DNA of 64,000 nucleotides from contig OX597825.1 of the NCBI GenBank assembly GCA_951406725.2, forward strand, positions 45,570,001 to 45,634,000. Reading direction: 5' to 3'. Of the stretch, positions 1 through 12,959 are shown in pieces; position 1 is the first letter of the stretch, and the number at the start of each line of letters is the position of its first letter. The DNA is from Octopus vulgaris. Taxonomy: Eukaryota. The notes beneath the pieces were generated by a model. The model made no database searches and was not told the DNA's origin. It saw only the letters and a list, made by a program, of their open reading frames with translations. The translations under genes and the position numbers were made by a program.

Positions 1-2
1 TA

Positions 3-1764
3 CCATATTTTGCAGTTTATTAGATGCATTTTTTTTCTACAAAATATCTCCAAAAACCACCCTACATCCTATAAACTGAAGGTCAGTGACAGGAGCTATA
101 AGCCATTGAAACTAAAACAAGTCCAGTGTTTCAAAATTACAGTTAATTGATAACATTTTGAGACTAGCTATTTATGAAATACAGATATAGTACTGGGATA
201 TTGACAGAAAACAAAATTCCTCCTTCTTTTTTCTTAACAATTGAAGCCACAAAGCAGCGTCATTTATGGTAGGCACTTAAAAATAATGCTACTGTATACT
301 ACACTATTGTTAGAACATGCTGGATATTTTCACTTTATTAGGTACCAGTAATCATATTTTCACTTTATTACCAGGTACCAGTAATCATATTTACCATATG
401 CCATAGTTACAGTGTCAAATATTGCCAAGCAAATATGATGGCCCAACAACAGCTGTAGCAACCATTTTTGTTTATACTGATAATCACTGACAAAGACATG
501 TCAGTATTAACTCTGAGACCCTCACTATATAGAGCTGCGTACACAACAGCATCAGCAACTGTTTCATCAGTTCAAATTGGGAGATCATCATAACTTAGGA
601 TCAAAGGGAAATGAATAGTAATAAGATTATCTCCACCATATTGAAGTACCATAAATTTTTACATTTCCAGATACGATACCCATTTTATGTATGATGGCTG
701 GGAAAAAGAGACATGCATACACCATACATTTTAAATTAATGGTAGTTGATTATGCCAAAATACATAGCAACAGACCTGCAGAGAGGGAGTTTGGGCTATT
801 GAGAAGATGATAAAAGTGTGGCATCAACAAGAAGACAGATTGAGGACAGCACAGAAGAAAAAGCATAATCTTCATCGCAAACCAGCAAGATGGCCAGGAC
901 TGGAAGATGAAATTAAGAACAAGATAATAAATGAAAGGAATTATGGTCGTGCAGTGTCTACATCAACTATAATAAATGAGGTCAGAGCTTGGGCAAAACA
1001 AAATGGGATCGAAGATTTTCGTGGCACTGCAAGCCTGTGTTACCAGTTTATGAAATGCAGTGGTTTATCAATGAGGACCCACTCTAGGATTGCCCAGAGA
1101 ATGCCTGATGAATACAAAGACAAAATCATAGAATTTCACAGGTTTGTAATTAATGCCAGAAAATAAACCATGTACAAGCTCAGCCAAATTGGAAACATGG
1201 ACTGGGTCCCCCTCAATTTTGATGTTCCTTCTAACAGGACTGTTGATTTACTTACTAATAAAAATGTAACTATTAAAACTTCAGGTAATGCAAGAGAGAA
1301 AGTGAAAACAGACTATTGTGAAGTCTTTTTAAAAATATGATGGAACAGAAGATGACCTTGTTTATGAGGCTAGTGACACTTCAGAGTTTGATATTGATGA
1401 CCCCGATGGTGTGAATGCAGAGAACAACTCTGAAAGTGATTGTTGGAATGATGAAAATAGTGATTTTTCTGGTTTTGTAGACAGCAGTGAATTTTCTGGG
1501 TATGAAGATGAATAAAATTATAGTTTTTCCTTTTTCTTTCCTCAATAATCTGATGACAGTATTTTAAAAATAAAAGTGAAGAACTCCAATAGATTTAACA
1601 TAACATTTAATGTTCTGAAGTCACAGCTGAAAGAACAAGTTGAGACAGGCTTTTGCTGATGTTCACTAACAGAGTAAATATTACTTGGTATTAAGCACTC
1701 TTGACTTTTTTTTCTGATTATTACCTTCTAAATTGGGATGCGTCTTATAAGCTGAGAAATATGG
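3..1764 (+). mobile_element. Internally deleted pogo (POGK/Tigger-like) DNA transposon
   Basis: Imperfect ~26-bp TIRs: CCATATTTTGCAGTTTATTAGATGCA at 3 and TGCGTCTTATAAGCTGAGAAATATGG ending at 1764. TA flanks both ends (1-2 and 1765-1766). Confidence 0.85.
691..1300 (+). pseudogene. pogo transposase remnant: Brinker-like DBD, CENP-B-type HTH and start of the DDE_1 domain
   Basis: MAGKKRHAYTIHFKLMVVDYAK.. frameshifts into ORF 807-1166 (WPGLEDEI..FRGTASLCYQFMK..GLSMR). After a stop it reads IGNMDWVPLNFDVPSNRTV..IKTSG. Most of the DDE domain is deleted. Confidence 0.85.
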
Positions 1765-2755
1765 TAATAGGATATTTTAACATCGAATGGCTAGAAGGTT
1801 CCACCTGAGTAAAATTGGAATCAAAGGGGTTCATAAGCAAAAATGGTTGAGAAACAATGCAATTGTCAATGTCACCTCGTTTTTAACAACAAAATATATG
1901 TATTGATTTTATAAATACCTTGAGGAAGTCATCCACCATCACTAACTTGCAAGATTACTGATTAAAAAGCAAAGGTTTTTGCGTATTATATGGCAGGCAA
2001 GCTCTCTTACCTTTCAAACTAGAGCTAGATCTTTTCTTATTTAAAGGTTTCCTTTCTTCTAACTTTGCAGATTAATTCATGGTGCACAGCACTGCTTTTG
2101 GTTAATTTTAAATATAATATAATGGAAATATACTGTTTTTTATAACTAAAATGGCTATGTAAGTAGAACTATAAATAAAGTCATTGCCACATCTTCTGAC
2201 TATTTTGCTTCTGGCTCCAAACTGAATTTACAATAAAGGGAGGGGTTTTTTTCTTTCTTTTTCTGTACTGCTACAGTGCAACTGCTAGTGAACTAATTGA
2301 AAGACTTGGAATCATGAGGGGAATATAGACAGACATATCTAAACATATCTTCAAAGGTGGTGTGAGTCACCTACTTTGTTGTCTTGGATAGGTCAGAGAT
2401 AAAGCACATTTACTATTAAGAGTAGTGAGAATAAAATTAGCAGATTTGAAGTACCAGAGGGTTCAGGAGATGGCTGCGTATAGGGTAAGGTGATATGAAC
2501 CTAGTTACTTTGATTAGGTAGGAATCAAACAATCCAATGGACGAATCAAAACTTAAGCCATATAATCAGCTCTCAAATAGGGTACCTTATAATCAACTGT
2601 GCTCACCTGAATTAGCAGTTGAACAATATTCTAAATGCCTGCAAAGAACTGGTTAAGTTCTTTATATCTGTATTTTAAAATTGATTTATATTTTTATATT
2701 TCTAAAGATTGCTTTGCATTTCATATACACACAATTCTTTCTCTTTTTCTTTTAG

Positions 2756-2836
2756 GCAACTCTGTCATTTTGGAGGGCTATTGGTGGAAATTCTGATGAA
2801 ATAGATGACTCATCAGACACTGATGTTGAAACATGA
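2756..2836 (+). CDS. Probable last coding exon of an unidentified host gene (ATLSFWRAIGGNSDEIDDSSDTDVET*)
   Basis: A long polypyrimidine tract plus TTTAG acceptor (2735-2755) precedes 26 open codons, TGA and an AT-rich UTR-like tail. Phase 0 is assumed. Confidence 0.6.
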   Translation, partial: ATLSFWRAIGGNSDEIDDSSDTDVET

Positions 2837-4949
2837 AATATTACTACCTATCAACATAGATTTATATATGAAATTGCATTTTCATGCATTTTACTGTTGT
2901 ATATAAACTAAAACGTATCTATATATATAGAAAAGTAACAAACATTTCCATGTCTAAGAAGTAAAATTTAAAGCTGTTTTTACCTAATATTTCAGAGAAA
3001 TGCTTACCATTTAAATCAATTACTACTTTAACACATCTTACCCATAAATAACAAAACTTTTTATTCTTCTGTTAGTTATCCTCATATTCTTGTGTCATAG
3101 TATGTTTCTTATTCATAGGGTAGTGCTTATTTTTCAGGAAATACACAGCCATGAATATGTTCAAATGCCACTGAATTATCTTTTCCTTCTATTGCATATC
3201 TGCAAAAGTAAACAGAATACCATGTATATCTTGAATATAAAATACAATACAGGAAGGCTAACATTTTCCTCCAATCTTAAAATTCAGTCCAAGATTTTGT
3301 AAGGATTTGAATATATAGTAATCTATATTACCTGTAGTAGATTAGCTATATTTGAGTCAATTGATTATTTCCTCTAGACTTCACAGAAAAAAAAGAAAAT
3401 AGAAAAATAAGGAGAAAAAAAAAAACAAGATAAAAGAAGCCATTATTCATTATATCAAGAAATATTTTCTTTTATAACTTTTATTATTTTTGCAACACCA
3501 AAAACTACCAAGAGTCTTAGATATCTCAGAAACTGGGGGGAAAAATCATTCTAGGTCATGGGCCAGAAAGGTTGCCGGATGGTTTAGCAAGAGCAATTGC
3601 TCACATATATTAAATGTTAAAAGATTATCTGATATACTGTTGATTCATTGAACTGTGTTTTTATTGACTTGAGCCAGATGATTGTTTTACTACTTTTACT
3701 TTTAACAGACTTTTTCTCTTTATAGCTGTTTATTTCATTTATCAATAAACAGATTAGCATCCATAAACTAAAGATAGTCTGAATGACTCTCTCAAAATAA
3801 TATAGTAATTTTGACACTTGTGTAACATTATTAATATAAGAAGCAGAATGAGTGGTAGCATAATGACTAGGATTGGAGGAAGCTGTAAAGCTCAAGGAAC
3901 TGTTATTTTTTAGATAAATCTTACAAAAAACTAAGAAGTGAGGTACAGTGTAAGAATGAATTATGATTATTGAAATCAAAGCATTGCAGTAAAAGACAAA
4001 TACACTTAATATGAAGGGTGTTGAATATTAACTTACAAGAAAATTTTGGTGTAAAATATGGAGATTAAAAATATTGGCCAGTGTGAGCAAAAAAAATGAG
4101 AAAACAAGCATATGAATAGAAATGGTCAATACTAGTTGAAAAGACACTGTAAATTGGTGGTGGAAGGTACTTTCGACAGAAATAATCCAAAATTTATTAA
4201 ATTGTGTCAGACCTGCTGAGATTACACATCTACACTCACCAACTGCAACTACTTGAACCAACAAAAACCCAAGTGAAATAGCATCAAAAATTCTAGAAAG
4301 ACCAATCCTTCATATCACTAACCCAGATATCCCTAACACAAAAAAAATCCATGATGGATTTAAATCATTTAAAAACACTCCTACATGTACAATTCTATCA
4401 TCAGCATTAGCAAAGTTTTCAAATCCATTCCTTGCTAGTAACTCATATGGAAAATACCACCACTTTAAGAAACAATGCAGACCACTGGTTAGCAATCTAC
4501 TTCCTCTCTATCCCTACACATTTCCACACCTCCATACCACATATCCAAATAACATTACACTCACACCATTTTGAGGACTCAGCTCCACAATAACAAAAAC
4601 CACTTAGCAGCTACCAAATTCACTATCTTCTTTCTTCACACCCAATAACACAAATGCAGAAAATGTGCTGTTTTGTCTCTTAGTAAACATTCTGTTGATT
4701 GCAATCTCTCAAAGTGAAATTTTCTCTTTGAGTTGTTTCTTCTAATTCTTTTTAGCCACCAACTTTATCAGTCACTTTTTAAAATATATATGACCATTTT
4801 TACTTAATATTCATAAATTATTGTTTCAAGATGAATTATGCATACAAATCTAGTCTATCTTCCTCTCTCACTGTGTTCCTCTCTTTCTCTTTCATTTTCT
4901 GCTTTGATTTGCCTACTTATCAAAACTGCCATAAGACATATTTCTCACT

Positions 4950-5760
4950 CTTAAGCAAAAACCAGTTTTATTAAGTAGGAATGCAGACAAATTACAAATC
5001 CCTTCAGCTAGATAGCCCTGCTCGATCTCTAGAAAGGTCATAGGCAGAAACTCCATAAGATGTACCCAGTGTAAGCTACAGACACATAAGAGGTGCAGCA
5101 ATATCAGAGGAAGGGTAACAGGGAAAATAGTTTTTGTGTTTGGAAGGTGCACAGGTACAATAAACACTAAAAATGTACAGAAAATAGACTCCATTACATG
5201 CAAGAGGGGAAAACTAGAAGTAGTCAATAGCTTCCGTTACCTAGGTGACCAAATCAGTAGCTGGGGGTGGATGCTCTGAGAGCTTGGCTGCTAGAATAAG
5301 AATAGCCTGGGTTATTCAGAGAACTCCTACCTCTGCTGATAATAAAGGACCTCTATCTCAGAGTGAAAGGCAGACTGTATGATGCCTGTGTGCAAACAGC
5401 CATGTTACAGAGCAGTGAAACATGGGCTGTGACATTGGAGGACATGTGTAAGCTTGAAAGAAACGAAGCTAGTATGCTTCGCTGGATATATAATGTACAA
5501 CAGAGTGTAAGCATCCTGAGAGAAAAGTTGAGCTTAAGAAGCATCAGTTATGGTGTGCAAGGGAGACAAGTGTGCTGGCATGGTCATGATGCATATGGAC
5601 GAGGACTGCTGTGTGAAGATGTGCCACACTTTAAAAGTGGAGAGAACCTGTGGTAAACCCAGGAAGACATGGGATGAGGTGTTGAAGCATGATTTTTGAA
5701 TGTTGGGCCTCATGGAGGCAATGACAAGTGACCAAGACCTTTGGAGATATGGCCGTGCTT
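4950..5760 (+). mobile_element. RTE-clade LINE 3' fragment with a PHD-like Cys/His finger
   Basis: Translates as PCS..RK.IGRNSIRCTQCK..THKRCS, LEVVNSFRYLG, KGRLYDACVQTAMLQSSETW and ERNEASMLRW. Confidence 0.85.
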
Positions 5761-6272
5761 GAGAAGACCCATCAAACCAAGTGAGATCATAGTCATGACC
5801 AATGCTAATGTTGCATGACTGGCATGTAAAAAGCAACCTTCAAACATTGGGAAATATTCTGTGCTAAGAAGACCTTTCAAGCTAAGTGAAATCATAGTTG
5901 TGGCCAAAGCCAGTACCAGATGGTACTGGCTTTGCCCAAATGATGCCAAAGCCACCCATGCTGGTGGCACATAAAAAACACCATTTGAGCATTGGGCTTC
6001 ACAGAGGCAGTGACAAGTAACTGAGATCTTTGGCAATATACCATGCTATCAAGCCAAGTGATATGATAGTCATGGCTGATGCAAGTGTCACATCTATGAC
6101 ACCTGTGCCAGTGGAACATAAAAAGCACCCACTACTCTTGAATTGGTTGATGTTAGGAAGGGCATCCAGATGTAGAAATCTTTCCAAATCATATTGGAAC
6201 TTGGTGCAGCTCCCTGGCTTACCAGTTTTCAGTCAAACCATCCATGCTGTGCCACCATGGAATGATGATGAT
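5760..6272 (+). repeat. RTE-tail-related SINE with internal tandem subrepeats, ending in (GAT)n
   Basis: Carries the TTAGGAAGGGCATCCAG..CAGTCAAACC.TCC..(GAT)n tail, also seen at 30926-30980, 34545-35110 and 36130-36612. Confidence 0.6.
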
Positions 6273-7169
6273 AATCTCCCCACCTTCATAGCTCTATATT
6301 TGTATGTGTGTGTGTGTATAAAGTAGAATTAGAGATAGAAAGTACAGTGTTATATATTTGAAGAAAATAGGAATGGCTTTTCTGATCATTTTTCCACTCT
6401 AATAATTAGATGTTTATAAATCATTAGTTATTTAATCATTTATAAACATGTAATTATCAGAAAAGCCATTCCTATTCATTTTTTCAAATATGTGTGTGTT
6501 TGTATATAATGTTTTTTATACATATTTTTCTTTGTACATATGCATGAATGTGCATATATATATGTATATTTTCACAGGCCTTCTACACATGTACCTCCTT
6601 ACAACCATACATTCAGATCAGTAAGCGAGATTCTATGTAGTTTATATACATGCCTTTCGGACAATGGCTGGCACCCATTGTGTTGATTATATGTGGTGGC
6701 TTATCAATGAATGGTGGAATAAACAGCAAATCAAACATTTAGAGAAATATCTTCGACTATGTACAGAAAGGGTGTGAATTCATGCAAAACTTTAATACAG
6801 GCACGCAAAAGATGGTAAGTTTACTGGAATCCTGTTGCCAACACTTCATTTTAGATCCAAAACTTTAGGGCAGCCACCCTCCGAGTCTGCATAATGAGAG
6901 GGAGATCAGGTAAGCTTGCAGAAATAGGTGCACAAATTCTGCTGAATTGATAAGAATGACATGGTGGGTTAATTTGGCATTCTGTTAGAAGAAACAGAGA
7001 TAGATAATTGAGATGATCAGGTAGTATGATAGAATTATTTGACTAACCATTGACAAAATAATTGACATTACCTCCACATTCAGGACTAGTACATAAACAG
7101 ACAAGCTTTTTATGAAGACTTTCTGCAGATTACTTTGATAACAGACTTCATTATCATAGCTGGCAATTT

Positions 7170-10100
7170 TAATGGCCATATTGAACAACACCATGGTGCC
7201 TTTTCTGGACTAAATGAGGAGGGGTTACGACTTCAAGAGTTCTGTGATGCAAATGATCTCACTCTCTATATATGAACTTCAGTAAATCAATCAGTCAGGT
7301 GAACAAACAAGCTAGATAGATTTTACTTTCACCAGAAAGCAGGGCTGGCAAATGACTAAATGGAAAGTCTTAAGTAAAGAATGTACCTCCCAGCAGATAC
7401 TATTGATTACTGAATTCAAAGTAAAGACTTACTGACTCAGAGACAAAAGATGATTTGGAGAAGAAAAACCTGGAACTTGAAGGATCATAGATTTAGAGAG
7501 TTATTAAATGACGCTCTTAGCAGGAGGAAATAGAAACTTATAACAGAACAAAATTGGCAGTATTCAAGGAACAATCTGCCGGGAGCTATAGACTGGTGCT
7601 AGGTCCCAACCAAATATAGTGATTTGGTGGTAGAGCAATATTGTTGACAATGCCATAACAGCAAAGAGACAAGCTAGGGAAAATTGAAAGAGAAAGGGGG
7701 GGCAACAGAAAACATCTCTTCAGTTTGGCTTTCACTTTCCAACACCTTTAATTTTGTTCGAATTAATTTCAAATTTGGTGTACTGATGTAGTTTTGTATG
7801 CTAATTATGAAAATGAAATTCATTTTTGCTTTAGCTTAATAAATAAAAACTTAATAGCTTTTAAAATTTAGGGTAATTTTAGCCAATTGTAAACCATTGG
7901 TGCTTGTTTTAATAGTAACAAGCCAAACTGTTACTTAAAGATTGAATTTACACTATGAATAATGCATTAATTGTTTTTCTCAAATTTGGTATACTGATGT
8001 AATTTTTCACACTGAATCTGATTTTGTTATTCATTTGCTCTAGAAAAATTGTAGAAAAATGTTACTAATTGATTAACCCCAGGTCGGACTGAATCCTAAA
8101 CCCTAACTCAAACCATAAACCCCAACCCTAAGCCTTAGTTCTAACCCTAGTGTAGCTGAAACTTTCATTGTTGAATTTTCACTGAACTACAGTAGTAATA
8201 TACCGTTTTTTTTTACTTTTGCAAAAAAATTTTATTGATAATTTCATTAATGATTTTTCCTTTTTATATTGCCTATTCCAATGTTTCACTTCATTCATTT
8301 AAATTTACTAAAACATCAAAATGTATAAGAACTTTCGTCATAATATATTGCTTTCATTTTGTTAGCATGCAGAGAATGCCAGCTTCCAAATCATGTTTTC
8401 TGATTGGGTAAAAATCGTCAAACTTTAAGCCTCTGTAACATTTTCCTAAAATTTTTCTGGAACAAGTGAATAACATCAGCTTCAGTGTAAGAAATTACAT
8501 CAATATACCAAAATTCCAAAAATGTGAAAGCCAAGCAGAAAAGATCAAAAAGAAACTATAAGGTACACTTAGCAAAGAGAGAGGCAAAGAAGTATGTTCT
8601 ATGACATGAGAATCTGTGGTTTGGGGTGTTTTGCTTTGTTAGAGTACTAAAAAAATTGAGATGGGGAAAAGTGTGTATAGAGTGAAATGAGTAACACTAG
8701 CTCTCATTGACATAGATAAGAAAGAATGCATGGTGAAGAGAGAATCTATTTCATGTAAACCCAACAGGGAATCTAGCTATCTAAGTATGGTACTGTAGCA
8801 AGTCATAAAAGGCAGCAATATGACGTAATGGTCATTTAGCCAAACAAGGATAATTAAAATTACTGCCCATATATGAATTCTAAACTTTCTTCAAAGAAAT
8901 CTTTCACAAAATGCAGGTCTTAGAATTCGGACATGAGCAGTTATAAAAACCCTGATTTTTGGGAAATTACTGTGATTGTAGGATGTTACTAAACTCCACG
9001 ACACTCACTCCTTGAGATATTGGCTATTTTTTATGCCATGTCTATGACTTAAATCCAACAAGACTTATTTGAATTGTTATGAACTCTAGTAGTTAGTATG
9101 AAGGATTAGCTAGTGTGAATTTTAAGTCGTAACTCTCTACGACAAAATGACTTTACTGTAAATGCTAAATATACATAAATAAACTAATGTAGTAATTATT
9201 TTCTCTTTCTGCAATTATGAAACTGTATTTTTTTTATAGCGGTTAACACAAATTTATTTATCTTCAACATACATACATGTCCGTTAGCGTTTCAGAGTAT
9301 ATATTTCTCGCTAAGGATTTATATATAATGATAACACTTATAAGTAAGTTATAAGTGACGTGTTTATCAATATAGATTCCTACTTCAAAAGTTAAAAATA
9401 TTTATTATCTATTTCCAAATGGGAAACCATTACAAAAGTAGTGGTAGACAAACGGTAACTAAACTGGCTATAGTACATAGAGTAACAAAGGGCATGAATG
9501 CAGCTGGGCCATCAGGAATATTTACTGTGTCATACTCAATGACTAGTGCTGTAGTATCGTAAACTGCTACAAAGATAAAAATGTACTGTTGGAATCAGGT
9601 TATGAAGGTTAAAGAAATGGTTATTGCAAAATTGATTAGAGAAAGATTAGCTTGAATGAAATGCGGTTGGGCTCTGTCACAGGAAGAGGCACCATTAATA
9701 CCATATTCTTTGTGAGACAACTGCAAGAGAAGTATATGGCTAGGAGTAAAACCCTATATCAAGCATTTATCACTCTCGAAAAAGCCTTCAGTGCTCAATA
9801 CTTAATCTTTTCCCATTTATCATAGTCCTTCAAACCATAACAGGAATTTAATACTGGTTATTCATAGGAACTGTATACTGATAACAGTAATCCTTATAGC
9901 AGAATCAGTAGAAGAATTGAAACAGTAGTTTCAGATATGGAAACACAGCCTAAAATTGAAGGACCTTAAAGTAAACTTAGTGAAAATAAAAGTTTTAGTA
10001 AATAGCAAGGAAGATAGCACCAGGGGCATAGCCCTGCTTTGTTTGCAGAAGGTAGATTTTACGTGCAGCAGGTGCACTAAGAGCTCTTGGGGAACATTAT

Positions 10101-10450
10101 CTTTTAAATGTATGGATGTTGAAGAGCTGATTGTATCATGCTTATGTGTGAAGTGTGTTGCTGCACAGCCTTAAAATATGAAGGATCTGCTACAACTAGA
10201 AAGAAATGAGGTGAGCATGCACCATATCAGTACACTGAAATATAAATGAACTGAGACAAACAGGAGTGTAAAGGGAATCAGGTAGTATGGGCATATGAGG
10301 CGAATGAAAGATAACAGCTGCATGTGAGAGGAAGACTTAGGATGAAGTTAAAAATTATCTGAAGGTGTGATATCTGATGAAGGTGATGGTGGAGAACTAT
10401 GTCAGCTATGGAAACATGATGTTAGTAGATATGACATCTTATGTAAGCTT
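7170..10450 (+). mobile_element. Highly degraded RTE LINE interrupted by insertions
   Basis: Endonuclease-like NEEG..L.EFCDAN (7212), AAGPSGI (9499) and GRGT...IFFVRQLQEKY (9682) occur in the expected order. Confidence 0.65.
7714..8545. mobile_element. Non-autonomous DNA transposon (MITE) with internal telomere-like CCCTAA variants
   Basis: Inverted termini ATCTCTTCAGTTTGGCTTTCAC / GTGAAAGCCAAGCAGAAAAGAT, plus a subterminal inverted AATTTGGT.TACTGATGTA motif. Confidence 0.65.
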
Positions 10451-11329
10451 AGGAAAACACATGATTATTGCCTATTCTGTATCCTCATGTCTCAGTATTT
10501 CTTCTACTCACTATACTTAATCTATCTCATCTCCACATCACCTCTTCTGCTCACTTTACCATATCACCTATAATCGAGAGGGAAGTACTTGATGGAGGCA
10601 TTTTATACATTCCTAACCTCTTAACTCTGTCATCCATATCTTGTTATACACTTGTCATCTTTCTAAATTAGGATCCTCGAGTGGAGAGGGATTGTACTCT
10701 GGCAGACATTTCTCACCTTCTCTGGGGATGCACTGGCTTCTCACCATCACTTTATCTCTCTCTTCCCACTCAACCCACCTCCATCATCCTTATCACTCTC
10801 TATTCCACTAACCCACTGTCACAACTTCTCTTTCCCTAGCACTGCTTCTGATCCCTAATATTAATTTTCTTTCCCTCCTCTTTGTTACTCTCTCTGCTAC
10901 CATCCTGTTACAAATCTATTCCATTATGCTCCAACTTTGCTTTTACCTGGTGTCCTGAAAAAAGTACCCAGTACATTCTGGAAGTGGTTAGTAAAATCCT
11001 CTTGTAAGTGGAGTGATGTCTATATCATCTCAAAATAGTTGACAATTTCACCATCAACTATTTTAACTAAAGGTAGGCAGTCAACTGCAAATCATGGTTT
11101 AAATATTTTGTTCACTGCAATGAAGTCAGAATAAAGTAATTAAATGTAGCAATTATGCCACTAGTACTTTAACTCACAAATGATGTATTCTGATTTTAAA
11201 AAAAGAAATTGGGTAGAGGGTAATGATTGGGCGTAACAATGCACAGGAGACTCAATGCCTAGGCGGATCCGAGAACTCAGTGAGGATAGCTTCTTTGTAA
11301 AAAAATTTTTTTTTCTCGCTTACCAACTA

Positions 11330-12600
11330 ATGTACAGACGGTATTGGCGAATATGGTTGACACCAACTCTATAGATCAAATCGCTTCATCTGCAGATAGA
11401 ATAATGGAATTCTCTCGCAGACCCACTAGGGCTGATTTGGTTATTGCTTCATCATCTTGACATCAGCCTGATAATAAAAATGGAGACACCATGTTGAAGG
11501 CTATCGCCAAATAGCTCAATTCTGCCATGTTAGACAGCATTCGTGAAGCCGTTCTTTCTCTTCTCAACAATGTAACAGTTTTTCAATCAACAATTCTTCG
11601 GTGTGTTGGTACCATGCACGTCATTGTAACAAGCCTTGTACTTTTAAAGTGTCGGAAAACTGAACCTAGAGAACCTGGGCATGTCAGACCTCTCTCACAA
11701 CTTTTCAGCTTATTGTGCTTTCTTCATTAGGGATCTAGTCTCAAACAGGTCGTTCATGCTCAATACAGGATCAAGTTGCAGTATTTTGCCATTACGGTTC
11801 AGCTCTAACAAGCCACAGTTATTCAATATTTCCTTGCGGTGAACCAGTTTGCAACATAACCTACGGTTAGGTATCTTTAACTCTAGACCTTGCCTTGCAT
11901 CGAGATTTCAAATGGAATTTTGTCATCGCTGACCTGCCTCATACTATCCTCGGGGCAGACTTAGACCACTATTCACTTCTGGTAGATGTCAGAAAACAGA
12001 GACTTGTTGATACTACCACATCTTTATCCACGCCTGCATGTGAATCTACCGCTGTTATCCTCAGCCCATCGTTTTTTGTAGCTGCTACCAGTAACCAGTT
12101 CCATATTCTTGCCTCATTTCCCCGAGTTAATGGATCTCTCATTGAAGCCTACCCAGACAGGCTGAATTCGAGCACATGCTCCAGCTCAGTCTTATATGTC
12201 CTACTAGCCCTTGGGCATCTCCGCTACACTTAGCTCAGATGGGTGAAGCGGATTTTAGATCCATTGGTGATTACAGGAGACTTAATGCTATCACCACGCC
12301 CGATCATTGTCCCCTACCTAACTTAAAGGACTTCTCTCATTTACTCCATGGTTACACTATATTTTCCAAAGTGGATCTGGTACGTGCGTATCACCAAATC
12401 TCGATGGACCTGGAAGTATCTAAAACTGCCGTAACCACTCCGTTTGGTTCATTCGAATTCCTGTCTATGCCTTTTGGTCTGAGAAATACTGCCAGTACAT
12501 TCCAGCGTTTCATCAACGAAGTCATATGTGGATTGAATTTTGTTTTTGCTTATGAACATCATCATCATCAACATCTATCTCAGTTGTTTCAACACCTGTG
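11330..12600 (+). pseudogene. Ty3/Gypsy gag-protease-RT remnant
   Basis: WNFVIAD..ILGAD, SPWASPLHL, GDYRRLNAIT, FSKVDLVRAYHQI and MPFGLRN.ASTFQR, with many frameshifts. Confidence 0.85.
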
Positions 12601-12908
12601 AGCATATCATTGTTTACGTACCAGATGGTGACCCCTCTTTCTCGCATGCAATTATAAAAATTATAGGATGTCACTTACTGACAATTACTATAAGATGTCC
12701 TCTTAGGGTTAAAAAACATCGCAGTAGAGACCGTTTGAACAGACAGCCATGTTAAAGTGGTAGATACAACTACTATGTTAATCTCTTAAGGAGATTTTAG
12801 AACTAGAATTTTTGCTTGTTGCAAAATCAGCAACTGTGTGTTCCTTTGAAATATATATATATATATATATATATTGCGAGTTGCTACCATCTCTAGCAGA
12901 CGAGGTAT

Positions 12909-12959
12909 CCAGTACTGAGGACTGGTAGAAATGGCCTGAAACGAGAACTAGTCTATTGG
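12909..12959 (+). ncRNA. Candidate type I hammerhead ribozyme
   Basis: Stem I CCAGUA/UAUUGG, core CUGAGGA, weak stem II (GGU/GCC), GAAAC, GUC cleavage triplet at 12951-12953. Confidence 0.55.
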
